Positions 39,701 to 49,690 of a stretch of 64,000 nt of DNA are shown one piece after another. Under the pieces are notes generated by a model, which did not search any database, was not told the DNA's origin, and saw nothing but the letters and a program-made list of their open reading frames with translations. Position numbers and translations under genes: made by a program. This DNA comes from Obrimoposthia wandeli (lineage: Eukaryota), in the NCBI GenBank assembly GCA_977020255.1, contig CDROCS010001089.1, forward strand, positions 620,001 through 684,000, written 5' to 3'. Numbering within the stretch: the stretch's first letter is position 1; every line of letters begins with the position of its first letter.

Positions 39701-42220
39701 CTAACTAGGTAAGTAACGTTCACTCCAGCTGGTAGCTGCCACACTTTGGCTGAGCATGTCCTTGATTTGAGTTTGGCTAAAATCGAGAGATTCGAGCAGT
39801 GTTAGTGTATCGGTACCATATTTGGGCATGGTACATGGCAAAACAACTTTTGCTTGTTGCAGGCGAATAGAATTAGGTGCGATCAAATCGACAGGGTAGC
39901 CGCAGGGATGGTTTGGGTAATGAACAAATGCGACGCTGCTCTCACCAGCCAAATCAACAGAGTCACGGCTGTCCATCAGGTTATGCTCGCGTAACTCTCC
40001 CATAGTGACCAGCGGCTGGCAGGCGATATCTATTTGGCGGCATAATGTTTGCCAATGACTCAGTGGCTCAGTTTGAAATAGCTGCTCCAGTATCACCTCG
40101 GCTGAGGCGTTGTCGCTCATATCAAGCCCTGGAGCAATAGTGTCACAGAATATGTTTAGTTGTAGCGGCAGGTCGAGCGCGAGGAAGAACCAGCTATCTG
40201 CTGCGCGATAGCAGCGATACAGTGCGTGAGCCCCTTTAATATCGCGACCACTAGGTTCATTGAATGCTGCGCGAGCGGGGTAATCGTACATAAAAGGTGT
40301 TTGGATTAACTGCCCAGCGGCGATCAGCGAACTGCGTGCGAGTGAGCCGCCATTGCCTTTAGCACGATTGACCAGCGCCACCGCGATCGCTTGAGCGGCA
40401 CAGTAGCCACCGAGTACATCGATAGTGCCAAAATGAGCATGCTCTTCGGGTGTCTTCATAGAGCCACCGAACCTGCTCATAATGCCAGTCGTCGCCTGCA
40501 CTAAGTCATCGTAGCCTAAGTGGTTACTACGTGGTCCAATTTTTGGCCCGCCGTAGGCATCAAACTGGCAGAGAATGATTTCTGGATTAATCGCTTTTAA
40601 CTCTTGTAAAGAGAGGCCTAGACGCTGTAACTGTGCATCACTGGCATTGACGGTGACAATGTCAACTTGCGGTAGTAAGCGTTTAATGGCCTCGCGTCCT
40701 TGAGGGCTCTTTAAGTCGAGGAGCAGACTTTTTTTTCCTTGATTGGCTTGAATGCCGAAGACCGTACTATTCCAAGGATCTAAAGCAGGTACGGGAGGGT
40801 CGATACTGATGACCTCGGCACCAAAACGCGCCAATGTGCCCGCAATGGTAGGTCCGGCAATAACATTGGTCAGGTCGAGGATAGTGATTCCATCGAGTAG
40901 TGCACCAGGCTCACGTTTCTCAGTGTTGATACCGCTGCGAGGTTGGCTTTTCCAGCGTGTTAAAATTTCTGTTAATTCTGGGTCGGATAATGTAATTTCC
41001 TGCGCTGCACGCTTGTCTAATACCCCTTCATCCTCTGCAAGCCAACAAATATTACCCAACTGGCGCATCGTGCCATATTTTGGCTCTTCCACTTCTATAA
41101 TACTACCGCAGGCGAGAGCGTGTTCACTGTTGATCCACTCGCGGGTTAGTTGGTGTGCGCAGCCTGGGACTCCAGCAATACCAAAAATTTCTTGCCACTG
41201 GTATGCGCTCTTCGTGATAAATACTGCTTTCATCTTGTCTGATACTAATGCTGCCCATTGAGGTGATAGAGGGTAGGAAACCAAAGTACACTGTGCATCA
41301 TTGGGCCAATTCTCTTTGTCTAAATAGGCACTGTGAGTGGGAATGCCAAGCGCTTTGATCTCATCCCACAGCCCAAGTGCTTCAAGGCACGCTTGAGGGT
41401 GACGGGTGTGCGATGAGCACACTGTATAGAAAGGGCGGTCATCTGCGCATTGGTAGGTGCGATAGAAGGGGTCGAGAAACTCTTGCAATCCCTGATAGTT
41501 CATATCGAAGGCTTCTCCCTCGCGCTTGCGTCGCTCAATTTCCAGTTCACGCGGTGATTTGTAGCGATCTGGCAAGCCGTGAATGTGCATTGAGTTGTAC
41601 GCCAAACCTTCCATTAAAGCGGCAGAAATGGGAACTTCAATGGTTTCACCGCAGCCATTGTTATGGCGAGCAAAAAGAGCGAGAGTTACGGCGGTGGCAC
41701 CGAGCACTGATGCGTAAGCAGAAGCCAGCGGCAACGGTGAGAAAGAAGGATTTATACCCATTAAAATGCGGTTTAAGCCCATATCGGTATACTGGCCAAC
41801 GGCGGCGGCAATGACACCCTCCCATGCAGGAATGGATGCCATTTCACTATCTTTTTCTGCAAAGCCCGGTAGAGATAAATATACCAGTTCCGGGTTATCC
41901 GTGCGGCACTGTGCAGCGCAGAGGCCTAAAGATTTCATCACGCCTGGGCGAAAATTTTCCACCACTACGTCAGCATTAACTATCAATTGGCGGGCACAGC
42001 TCAAGCCCTCGAGTGATTTTAAGTCGAGAGTCAAGCGTTGCTTACCCCGATTCAGCACCGCATCGGCTGGGTTGTTCCAGCGCGGGCCGCTAGGAGGGTC
42101 GATATGAATGACTTCAGCTCCTTGATCGGCCAGCATCATCGCCACCGCAGGACCAGCTATGTATTGACCAAAATCAACGACGCGATAGCCACTAAGCGGC
42201 CTTTCAGTTTGTTTGTTCAT
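39701..42220 (-). CDS. DddD-like double-domain class III CoA-transferase, paralog 2
   Basis: 839 aa; same motifs as paralog 1 (DFGQYIAGPAVAM, NRILMGINPSFSPLPL, GYDDLVQA, PEEHAHFG, YLPS). Confidence 0.85.
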   Translation of the reverse strand: MNKQTERPLSGYRVVDFGQYIAGPAVAMMLADQGAEVIHIDPPSGPRWNNPADAVLNRGKQRLTLDLKSLEGLSCARQLIVNADVVVENFRPGVMKSLGLCAAQCRTDNPELVYLSLPGFAEKDSEMASIPAWEGVIAAAVGQYTDMGLNRILMGINPSFSPLPLASAYASVLGATAVTLALFARHNNGCGETIEVPISAALMEGLAYNSMHIHGLPDRYKSPRELEIERRKREGEAFDMNYQGLQEFLDPFYRTYQCADDRPFYTVCSSHTRHPQACLEALGLWDEIKALGIPTHSAYLDKENWPNDAQCTLVSYPLSPQWAALVSDKMKAVFITKSAYQWQEIFGIAGVPGCAHQLTREWINSEHALACGSIIEVEEPKYGTMRQLGNICWLAEDEGVLDKRAAQEITLSDPELTEILTRWKSQPRSGINTEKREPGALLDGITILDLTNVIAGPTIAGTLARFGAEVISIDPPVPALDPWNSTVFGIQANQGKKSLLLDLKSPQGREAIKRLLPQVDIVTVNASDAQLQRLGLSLQELKAINPEIILCQFDAYGGPKIGPRSNHLGYDDLVQATTGIMSRFGGSMKTPEEHAHFGTIDVLGGYCAAQAIAVALVNRAKGNGGSLARSSLIAAGQLIQTPFMYDYPARAAFNEPSGRDIKGAHALYRCYRAADSWFFLALDLPLQLNIFCDTIAPGLDMSDNASAEVILEQLFQTEPLSHWQTLCRQIDIACQPLVTMGELREHNLMDSRDSVDLAGESSVAFVHYPNHPCGYPVDLIAPNSIRLQQAKVVLPCTMPKYGTDTLTLLESLDFSQTQIKDMLSQSVAATSWSERYLPS

Positions 42221-42412
42221 AGCGAACTCCTCAAATTGTATAGTTCTCCATCATAAGCAATCTTGAATTTAGCAAATAGCGGATAATTCAGGACAGTATG
42301 TACGATATTATTTGACACTTAATTATCTGAATTTAAGCGACAATCGTGTTATAAATCACTTGAATCATCATAACTAAGCGATATTGTCGTATGACAGTGA
42401 CTGAGAGAAACT

Positions 42413-43276
42413 ATGGATGTCTGGTCTATCAAAACATTTTTAACGCTCGCTGAAGTTAAGCGATTGAACGAATGTGCTCAACTATTATGCATCACTAAAT
42501 CAGCGGTTAGTTCGCGCATTAAACAGCTTGAGAGGCACTTGGATCAAGAATTGTTCAGCCGCAGTAGTCAGGGAATGTCACTCACTCCTGCCGGCCGTCG
42601 TTTTCATCAGCACGCTCAGGTACTGCAGCGTGGCTGGGAGCAAGCCAAGACGGATGTAAAGTTAGATGCTGGCAGCGATGGTATTCTGCGTATTGCTACT
42701 CACACCACGCTGGCGCAAGAATTTTTACCTGAATGGGGACGGCTAGTAAAAAATAAAAAACCTAACGTCACACTGCACATGAGCGCGGACTACTCGGTGG
42801 AAGTGGTTAGCCAAGTGGCTGCTGGAAAGCTCGATATTGGTTTGGTATTTGTTGCAGACACCACTTCAGGCCTCATAGTCGAACAAGTGTGTATCGATGA
42901 TTTGATCATGGTGTCTAGCCAGCAATATGCGGTAGCTGATGTAAAACCTGAGGATTATCTCTATATCGATTGGGGCTGGGGTTACAACGCGGCACATAGC
43001 GAACGTTTACCGCATTTACAATATAGTTTGCAGAGCAGTGGTCTAGGAGATATAGGCTTGTCTTGGCTGCTTTCCAATGGAGGTAGTGCCTATCTACCAA
43101 AACGGATAGTGGTACAGCACTTAGCGCGGGGGCAGTTATTCGCAGTGCGTGATGCACCTGTTTTTAATCGTCCTATTTTTGTTACTTATGCTCGTGAATC
43201 ACACAATAGTGAATTGTTGAGTTGTGCCCGACAAGTTTTGAGCGAGTACATTGAGTGTGGCGGTTTTAAGGCTTAA
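42413..43276 (+). CDS. LysR family regulator divergent from paralog 2
   Basis: HTH ITKSAVSSRIKQLE..LF.R; LysR substrate domain. Confidence 0.92.
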   Translation: MDVWSIKTFLTLAEVKRLNECAQLLCITKSAVSSRIKQLERHLDQELFSRSSQGMSLTPAGRRFHQHAQVLQRGWEQAKTDVKLDAGSDGILRIATHTTLAQEFLPEWGRLVKNKKPNVTLHMSADYSVEVVSQVAAGKLDIGLVFVADTTSGLIVEQVCIDDLIMVSSQQYAVADVKPEDYLYIDWGWGYNAAHSERLPHLQYSLQSSGLGDIGLSWLLSNGGSAYLPKRIVVQHLARGQLFAVRDAPVFNRPIFVTYARESHNSELLSCARQVLSEYIECGGFKA

Positions 43277-43336
43277 GCAGCTATATGCTTTTATTTGGTA
43301 GCGCGAGCTACCGGTCGGTAGTAACGGACTGCTAAT

Positions 43337-43371
43337 AAAAAGCCCCGCCGATAATGCTCGGGGCTTTTTTT
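43337..43371. terminator. Bidirectional rho-independent terminator
   Basis: AAAAAGCCCCG...CGGGGCTTTTTTT between the convergent LysR and BCCT genes. Confidence 0.85.
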
Positions 43372-43419
43372 AAGTTAAGGTAACCTATCTGGCATCACCC
43401 TGAAAATATTCATTTAGTG

Positions 43420-45096
43420 TTACTGCCTTTCCTCTACCACCAGATTTTCACGGTTATCGTCAACGGTAGATCTGGCTTCTTCGAACAGCGATTTCAATAC
43501 TGCCAAGGTCATGATAATAATGATAATGCTCAAAGGCAGGGCCGCGGCAATGTTGGCGGTTTGCAGAGCACTGAGCCCTCCGGATACTAACAGCACTGCG
43601 GCGACTAGGCCGATAACGACCCCCCAAAACACTCTGAATTTATGTGGAGGCTCTTCGTTGCCGAAAGAGAGAATGGTGGTTAATACTAACGTACTGGAAT
43701 CAGCGGAAGTGACGAACCAACTGAGGAGGAGAAAGACCATAGTAGCAGAGAGAATCCATCCAAAAGTACCATCACCAGCAATGCCGTCTGAACTAGCGAA
43801 GAGTGCTGCGGGTAAGTTCCACGCCATGACAAGATCTATGATACCAGCACTGCCAGGACCGTTGGCTGCATGTAGCTCTTGATAGAGTGCGACACCGCCG
43901 AAGATAGCTAGCCAGATGAAGATGATAGTAGTGGGGACAAAGAGTACGCCGATTATAAATTCGCGTAAGGTACGTCCTTTAGAAATACGCGCGATAAACA
44001 AACCAATAAAAGGTGCCCAAGCTATCCACCATCCCCAGTAAAAAACTGTCCAGCTGTTTTGCCATTTCGCAGGTTCTTTCTCCTCTGGAAACCATAGTCC
44101 CATCTGCAAAAAATTGGCCAAGTAATCACCTAAAGAATCGGCAAAAATGGTCAGAAGCCAGGTAGTGGGGCCGCCAAAGAGAAAAAATGCGACTACTACC
44201 ATTGAAATAATAATATTCCACTCTGAAATCACTTTGATGCCTTTTTTCACTCCCGATATCGCGGAGATGATTGAAATAATTGAGATAACCGCGATTAACA
44301 GTAATTGAGTAGCGGTACCCGGGTCTGTGCCGATTAATCGCTCTAAGCCAACGGCCATTTGGCTGACGCCCAGACCTAGAGAAGTCGCGACACCAAAGAC
44401 ACAACCGAGTACGCCAAAGAGGTCGACTGCATGGCCTATCGGTCCATAAATACGATTGCCAATAAAAGGATAGAGACACGAGCGCAGTGCCAGCGGCAGT
44501 TTTTTACGATAGGCGAAATAAGCTAGTGACAGGCCTACTATCACATAAACCGCCCAGCCATGAAACCCCCAGTGAAAGAATGTGACGCGCAGTGCATCGA
44601 CCGCACGTTCATAGGTCAGAGCAGTGGCGCCTTCCATATCTGCGTATGGATTGTTCGGGTAACCAAAGCCGGCACTATTATCGAGGTAGAAGATAGGCTC
44701 AGCAACGCCGAAGAATAAAATTCCGATGCCGATGCCCGCTGAGAAAAGCATTGAAAACCAAGCAAAGTTACTGAATTCAGGGCGGCTGTCATCATCGCCT
44801 AAACGAATTTTACCAAAGGGGCTGAGAACGATAAAAAAGCAGATCGCGATCAGAAAAACCACAGTAATTAGGTAATACCAACCAAAAGTAACTTCTATCC
44901 AGCCTCGAGCGGTACCGAAGATGCTTGCTGCTAATTTAGTATTACTACCAGTGAAGGCTACAAAAGCGAGCACTAACAGTGCTGAAGTAATAGTCATACC
45001 TTTGTGCATGTGTTTAAACAAGCCCTTACTTTCAAGTAACTGTGCTTTGAATATACTACTGTCTACGCTTTCGGGCTGTGGCCGGTTTGACGCCAT
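43420..45096 (-). CDS. BCCT family transporter (DddT-like candidate)
   Basis: WFSMLFSAGIGIGILFFG, FFHWGFHGW, WTVFYWGWWIAWAPFIG, FVTSADS. Confidence 0.93.
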   Translation of the reverse strand: MASNRPQPESVDSSIFKAQLLESKGLFKHMHKGMTITSALLVLAFVAFTGSNTKLAASIFGTARGWIEVTFGWYYLITVVFLIAICFFIVLSPFGKIRLGDDDSRPEFSNFAWFSMLFSAGIGIGILFFGVAEPIFYLDNSAGFGYPNNPYADMEGATALTYERAVDALRVTFFHWGFHGWAVYVIVGLSLAYFAYRKKLPLALRSCLYPFIGNRIYGPIGHAVDLFGVLGCVFGVATSLGLGVSQMAVGLERLIGTDPGTATQLLLIAVISIISIISAISGVKKGIKVISEWNIIISMVVVAFFLFGGPTTWLLTIFADSLGDYLANFLQMGLWFPEEKEPAKWQNSWTVFYWGWWIAWAPFIGLFIARISKGRTLREFIIGVLFVPTTIIFIWLAIFGGVALYQELHAANGPGSAGIIDLVMAWNLPAALFASSDGIAGDGTFGWILSATMVFLLLSWFVTSADSSTLVLTTILSFGNEEPPHKFRVFWGVVIGLVAAVLLVSGGLSALQTANIAAALPLSIIIIIMTLAVLKSLFEEARSTVDDNRENLVVEERQ

Positions 45097-45617
45097 AAGT
45101 TAATCCTCTGTTTTTGTTTTTCTTCTGTGCGGGCAACGCTCGCAGGCTTTGTAGCCGATGCCATCATAGAGGTAGGTGAAAGGGGTGAATATCGAAAATT
45201 TATTGACGCAGTGTCCGATTATTTTAGTCCCTTCGCGAAAGAATAGAGATTGACTCACAAAGTTTACATATAACGTTAAAACACTAATCCCTAGGCGTGA
45301 TTACGTTACGAGTTCTAAAATTTATCAGGTTAATTTCGAATAGTTAAAATTCATGCCAAAGCACACAGTTCACTTAAAGTTTGCCTTATGTCAGTTTTTA
45401 ACCTTATTGCACTGTAGGGGCTTGAATAAGTATACGATCACAACCACTCTTTTACCGCATGCGCATGCTTTAAATCAGATACAACCTATGAATACTTACA
45501 AGAGGCGCTATGTGGGATCAAAGCACAAGCCACTCTCTTTTATCAATATCCTAACTCCGCCTTCTTGCCCAGCATTATTGCCTAAAAACCAACCTGTTTA
45601 TCACACTACGCTACCCC

Positions 45618-45694
45618 CACGCAAAATGCGAAAAGCTAATTTCTAGTTCGCAAAACGAAAAAATCCATCAAAAAACACTTTCGCATTTCACAAA
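45618..45694. promoter_or_regulatory. Cluster of degenerate LuxO-type boxes
   Basis: CACGCA-AAA-TGCGAA (45618), TTCGCA-AAA-CGAAAA (45647), TTCGCA-TTT-CACAAA (45680). Confidence 0.5.
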
Positions 45695-45744
45695 TAAAAA
45701 CAAATAAATAGTTTTATATCAGTGGTTTAAAATAATTCTATAAG

Positions 45745-45761
45745 TTGGTACGCTTTCTGCT
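45745..45761 (+). promoter_or_regulatory. sigma54 promoter of the EPS export/polymerisation operon
   Basis: TTGGTACGCTTTCTGCT, GG-N10-GC; IHF-like TATCAGTGGTTTA at 45717-45729. Confidence 0.7.
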
Positions 45762-45799
45762 GCCTATAACAAAAGCGCGTTAATACCCAGGAGTACAAT

Positions 45800-47068
45800 A
45801 TGCCAAATATCCAGAGTCCTAAACATCATCATATCGTTGTCACTAGTGTGTTTACGGTGCTTTTATCTGGCTGTGCTCAACACTCTTCTCTAGATTTAGA
45901 CAAGGGGGATGTGCAGTTTTATGGCACGCCGGGTCATAAGGGCGACTTCCCTATTCATCAACAATCTTCAGCTGATTTATTCTCGGCAAATCAAAATTGT
46001 AGGAAGCAGAAAGATTTAGGAGCTGCATTAAGTTACCGCGCTGATAAAGCTTTAAGACTAAAAACTGCAAAGAGTATTACAGAGAAAGTAGACCCTGTGC
46101 TGGCACAAGGTTTACTGCTTAGCCCAGGTGATTTAATTGAATTACATATCGAAGATGGTGAGGGCTTTAATGGTCGCTATATTGTTAGTAATACTGGCTC
46201 GGTAAAAATACCTATTATTGGTAATTTAGCCGCTGCGGGTGCGACGACTAATACTTTAGAAACAAACATTGAATTAGCTTTAATACGCCAGCGAATATTT
46301 CAGCCAAGCAGCGCTATTGTTACCATTCAAGTGCTGCATTGGTCATCGATAGAAGTGTCTGTTGGGGGGGCTGTGTTTCAGCCCGGCAGAGTGCTGATTA
46401 ATAACAAAGGGCCTAAAGCGATACGCGAAGATCATCTTGATGCGATGGGTGATTATTCTACGACTCGGTTGTTGTCAGAATCGCTAAGGGCGGCAGCGGG
46501 TATCAGGCCAGATGCAAAGTTAGATCAAATCATTTTGGTCCGCAAGGGATGGCAGGTTCGGATTGATATGACCGGTATTCTCTCTGGCAAGCCTGTGCAA
46601 GATTACCCATTAGTAGCAGGTGATCGTGTGATTGTGCCAAGCACTGGCTGCTTTCAGCCTCACCTTGTAAGGCCTAGCCAGATTACGCCAAAAGGCTTTC
46701 GCGTTTTCATGTCAAACCTCATCGATTCGGCCAACGATAACAGTGGTGCTGCAATTGGTAAATACGCCACAAACTTACCTTATGGCACGCGTTTATTACA
46801 AGCGGCGGTATCGGCAAACTGCGTGGGTGGCAAGAGCTTAACCAATGCGTCACGCAGGGTAGTACTATCAAGTAAAAACCCAATTACCGGGAAAACCCAA
46901 GTGATTGAACGCTCTGTTGAACGCCTTTTAACCATGCCGAGCAAAGGTGAAATTAATCCGTACTTGATGCCCAATGATGCGATTGCTTGTTATGACTCTA
47001 ACATCACTAACTTTCGCGATATCGCCCGTACCATCACCGATTTCCTAACACCGTTAAAGTTACTGTAG
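45800..47068 (+). CDS. Polysaccharide export lipoprotein (Wza-like, SLBB domains)
   Basis: Lipobox LSGC; LLSPGDLIEL; VSVGGAVFQPG; LVAGDRVIVP. Confidence 0.85.
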   Translation: MPNIQSPKHHHIVVTSVFTVLLSGCAQHSSLDLDKGDVQFYGTPGHKGDFPIHQQSSADLFSANQNCRKQKDLGAALSYRADKALRLKTAKSITEKVDPVLAQGLLLSPGDLIELHIEDGEGFNGRYIVSNTGSVKIPIIGNLAAAGATTNTLETNIELALIRQRIFQPSSAIVTIQVLHWSSIEVSVGGAVFQPGRVLINNKGPKAIREDHLDAMGDYSTTRLLSESLRAAAGIRPDAKLDQIILVRKGWQVRIDMTGILSGKPVQDYPLVAGDRVIVPSTGCFQPHLVRPSQITPKGFRVFMSNLIDSANDNSGAAIGKYATNLPYGTRLLQAAVSANCVGGKSLTNASRRVVLSSKNPITGKTQVIERSVERLLTMPSKGEINPYLMPNDAIACYDSNITNFRDIARTITDFLTPLKLL

Positions 47069-47075
47069 GTGTATT

Positions 47076-48467
47076 ATGAAATATCCCATTGCAACACGTA
47101 GCCCGTTTAATATATTTCGCGCTCATGTTTATCGTATCTTAAAACGTCCGTATTTAGTGGTTAGTTTAACTTCATATACCTTGGTTGGTTTACTGGTAAC
47201 GCTCTACCTAATGAAAACGCCGGTATATACCAGCAATATGGAACTTGTGCTTCCAGGCACCGGCAATAGTAGTAGCGTATCGTTAAATGGCATCGGGCAG
47301 ATTGTGTCGAAAACAGATACCCCCTTTGCAGGTGGGGGGTTTAACCCGCGCATCAACTATAAAGAAATGCTTTCAAGTAGAAGAATCGTTGACGGTGCTG
47401 CCGCTAGCTTAGATATTTCTCTTAAAGATTTTGGCAAAGCTAAAGTTAAGTTGACCGAGCAGACATCGATTATTTTGTTAACGGTTAAAGGTACAACGCG
47501 CAGTATTGCGCAAGCCAAAGCCTTGGCTTTGTATGAGTCATTACAACAAGAGCTAGATAACCTTCGTGCTGATGAAGTGCTACGTCGCGATCAAAGTATT
47601 CAAAGTACGCTCAAGCAATATCAAATACGTATGGACATTACCCGTAACGCTATTATTGATTTCCAACAAAGCTCAATGCTCGTTTCTGATAGCCAATTGG
47701 AGCAGTTAATTTTAACACTGGCGAGCCTTAAAGAGCGCAAAATTTATGCGGCAGCGGATGCAAAAAAACTAAAAGCATATGTTAAGCAGTTAAGTAAAGA
47801 GTTGGGGGTATCTCCTAAACTAGCAGGGCAAGCCTTTGCTTTACAATCAGATGTAGCGTTTAGGGCTTACTCACAAGAACTTGAAAAAAGTATAACTAAG
47901 CTCACTGAATACAGTTCGCGCTGGGGTGTAAATCACCCGAAGGTGATTGCTCAGCAAAAGCGTTTAAATTTAACGCGCAGTTCGATTAATAAGCGCAGTA
48001 GAAAGTTGTTCGGCGTTAAAACTGCTGCCATCTTTAGCAACTTAAACTTAGAGACAACGCCAAAACGTTCTAAATTGTTTGCTGATTTGATTGATGCCTA
48101 TGCCAATTATAAAGGACAGGTATCTATGCTAGCTGAGCTCGATAGCTCTATTAAACGCTTATCTATCAATTTGAAAATTTGTTCTAGTGAAATTATTGAA
48201 TTAGAAAATCGACAACGAAAATTCAATATGGCTGAAGCTATCTATACTTCCGCCGCCGCAAGAATAGAGGCCAGCAGAGCAGATATTTTCGCGTCTTATC
48301 CCGTTATACAAATGTTAGCTAACCCATCCTATCCAGAGTTACATAGTAGCCCTAATAAAATGATCGCACTCGCGGCGGCCATTGCAGGCTTTTCACTCAT
48401 TACTTTTGGACTTTTCCTAATATGGCAACGAGCGCGGTTAATAAAACTACTACTGAAGAAAAGCTAG
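47076..48467 (+). CDS. Chain-length determinant / co-polymerase (Wzz/GumC-like, no kinase domain)
   Basis: Two TM segments flanking a coiled coil; YGVNHPKV-like motif (WGVNHPKV). Confidence 0.8.
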   Translation: MKYPIATRSPFNIFRAHVYRILKRPYLVVSLTSYTLVGLLVTLYLMKTPVYTSNMELVLPGTGNSSSVSLNGIGQIVSKTDTPFAGGGFNPRINYKEMLSSRRIVDGAAASLDISLKDFGKAKVKLTEQTSIILLTVKGTTRSIAQAKALALYESLQQELDNLRADEVLRRDQSIQSTLKQYQIRMDITRNAIIDFQQSSMLVSDSQLEQLILTLASLKERKIYAAADAKKLKAYVKQLSKELGVSPKLAGQAFALQSDVAFRAYSQELEKSITKLTEYSSRWGVNHPKVIAQQKRLNLTRSSINKRSRKLFGVKTAAIFSNLNLETTPKRSKLFADLIDAYANYKGQVSMLAELDSSIKRLSINLKICSSEIIELENRQRKFNMAEAIYTSAAARIEASRADIFASYPVIQMLANPSYPELHSSPNKMIALAAAIAGFSLITFGLFLIWQRARLIKLLLKKS

Positions 48468-49690
48468 TCTGGTACGCCATAGTGCTTACTTATCCATTCT
48501 TTGCTTTCGGCGGTTTGTATGTAACAGGGTCATTAATAGGCTGGCTGATTTTCGCGGTTGCGATGTTGCGTTGGTATTTTAATGGCAAAGAGGAAAACGC
48601 TTTTATTCCCGCCATTATTTGGTTGTGGATGGTGTCTGGTTTGATACTACTTATCGCGCTAATCATCGCACATGCAAACTGGGAGCTAGGACTTGCCAAA
48701 ACCATAAAATCGTCTATTGGTTGGGCGAAGGGCTGGGCGCTAATGCCGTTATTTTTGTTATTAGGTGCCCTAGTTGATATTAAGCCCAGCATGATGGTGA
48801 GAGCGGCTTGTGTTGTTTCTTTGCATACGCTTATTTTTGCTTTCTTTTCAGTGGGTCTTTATTTTGTGGGAGCGCCAGCAGATTTATTCGTCTCACCATT
48901 ACAAGCCATTGGTGGACCTGGGCCGGATTTTTTTAAAGTCAGCCTTTATGGGTTAAACCCAGAGACGGGAGCAGGGCGCTGGCGCTTTTTTGCACCTTGG
49001 GCCCCCGCCGCAGGGTTTATGGCTTGTATCTTATTAATTTTTTGCTCACAAGAGAAAAACCGTTTTTGGAGAAACTTTGGAATAGCGGGCAGTGTAGCAA
49101 TGTGTTTATTGTCGCAATCACGCGCGGGGTGGGCCATTTTCTTAATGTTAATGCCACTGTTGTTCTTGCTAGGAAAGTTTAAAAATCCACTAGGGTTGGT
49201 ATTTATGGGTATCGCCATGTGCTGCTTATTTCTAGTGAGTGAAATGATATACGATTTGATCAATACCGCTTATATGGATGTTAAAGCGGCGCGCCCTGAA
49301 TCATCACGAGTACGCTCAGCACTGGCTAAAATAGCATTAGGGCGCTGGGAAAGCGAAGCACCTATATGGGGACATGGCATTGTAGAGCGCGGCCCTAAAA
49401 TAGTTGAATTTATGCCGATTGGCACTCACCACAGCTGGTATGGCTTATTATTTGTAAAAGGCGCTGTCGGTATGCTGGCGCTGGCAATCCCGATGCTTAT
49501 CACTTCGTTATATTTATTGTGCCAGAGCCAGAAAACACCGCTTTTTGGTAGTGCATTTTGCATGATCTTAGTTTTTATTTGTTATTCATTTTTTGAGAAT
49601 TTGGAGATTTTAGCCTACATATACTGGCCAGCATTATTGTGGATTGGTATGGCGCTGAACCCTCTTAAAGCAGGAGAAAAGTATGTTTAA
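48422..49690 (+). CDS. Wzy-like polymerase / O-antigen ligase family
   Basis: Polytopic membrane protein; SQSRAG, SSRVR, IWGHG, GTHHSW. Confidence 0.8.
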   Translation: MATSAVNKTTTEEKLVWYAIVLTYPFFAFGGLYVTGSLIGWLIFAVAMLRWYFNGKEENAFIPAIIWLWMVSGLILLIALIIAHANWELGLAKTIKSSIGWAKGWALMPLFLLLGALVDIKPSMMVRAACVVSLHTLIFAFFSVGLYFVGAPADLFVSPLQAIGGPGPDFFKVSLYGLNPETGAGRWRFFAPWAPAAGFMACILLIFCSQEKNRFWRNFGIAGSVAMCLLSQSRAGWAIFLMLMPLLFLLGKFKNPLGLVFMGIAMCCLFLVSEMIYDLINTAYMDVKAARPESSRVRSALAKIALGRWESEAPIWGHGIVERGPKIVEFMPIGTHHSWYGLLFVKGAVGMLALAIPMLITSLYLLCQSQKTPLFGSAFCMILVFICYSFFENLEILAYIYWPALLWIGMALNPLKAGEKYV

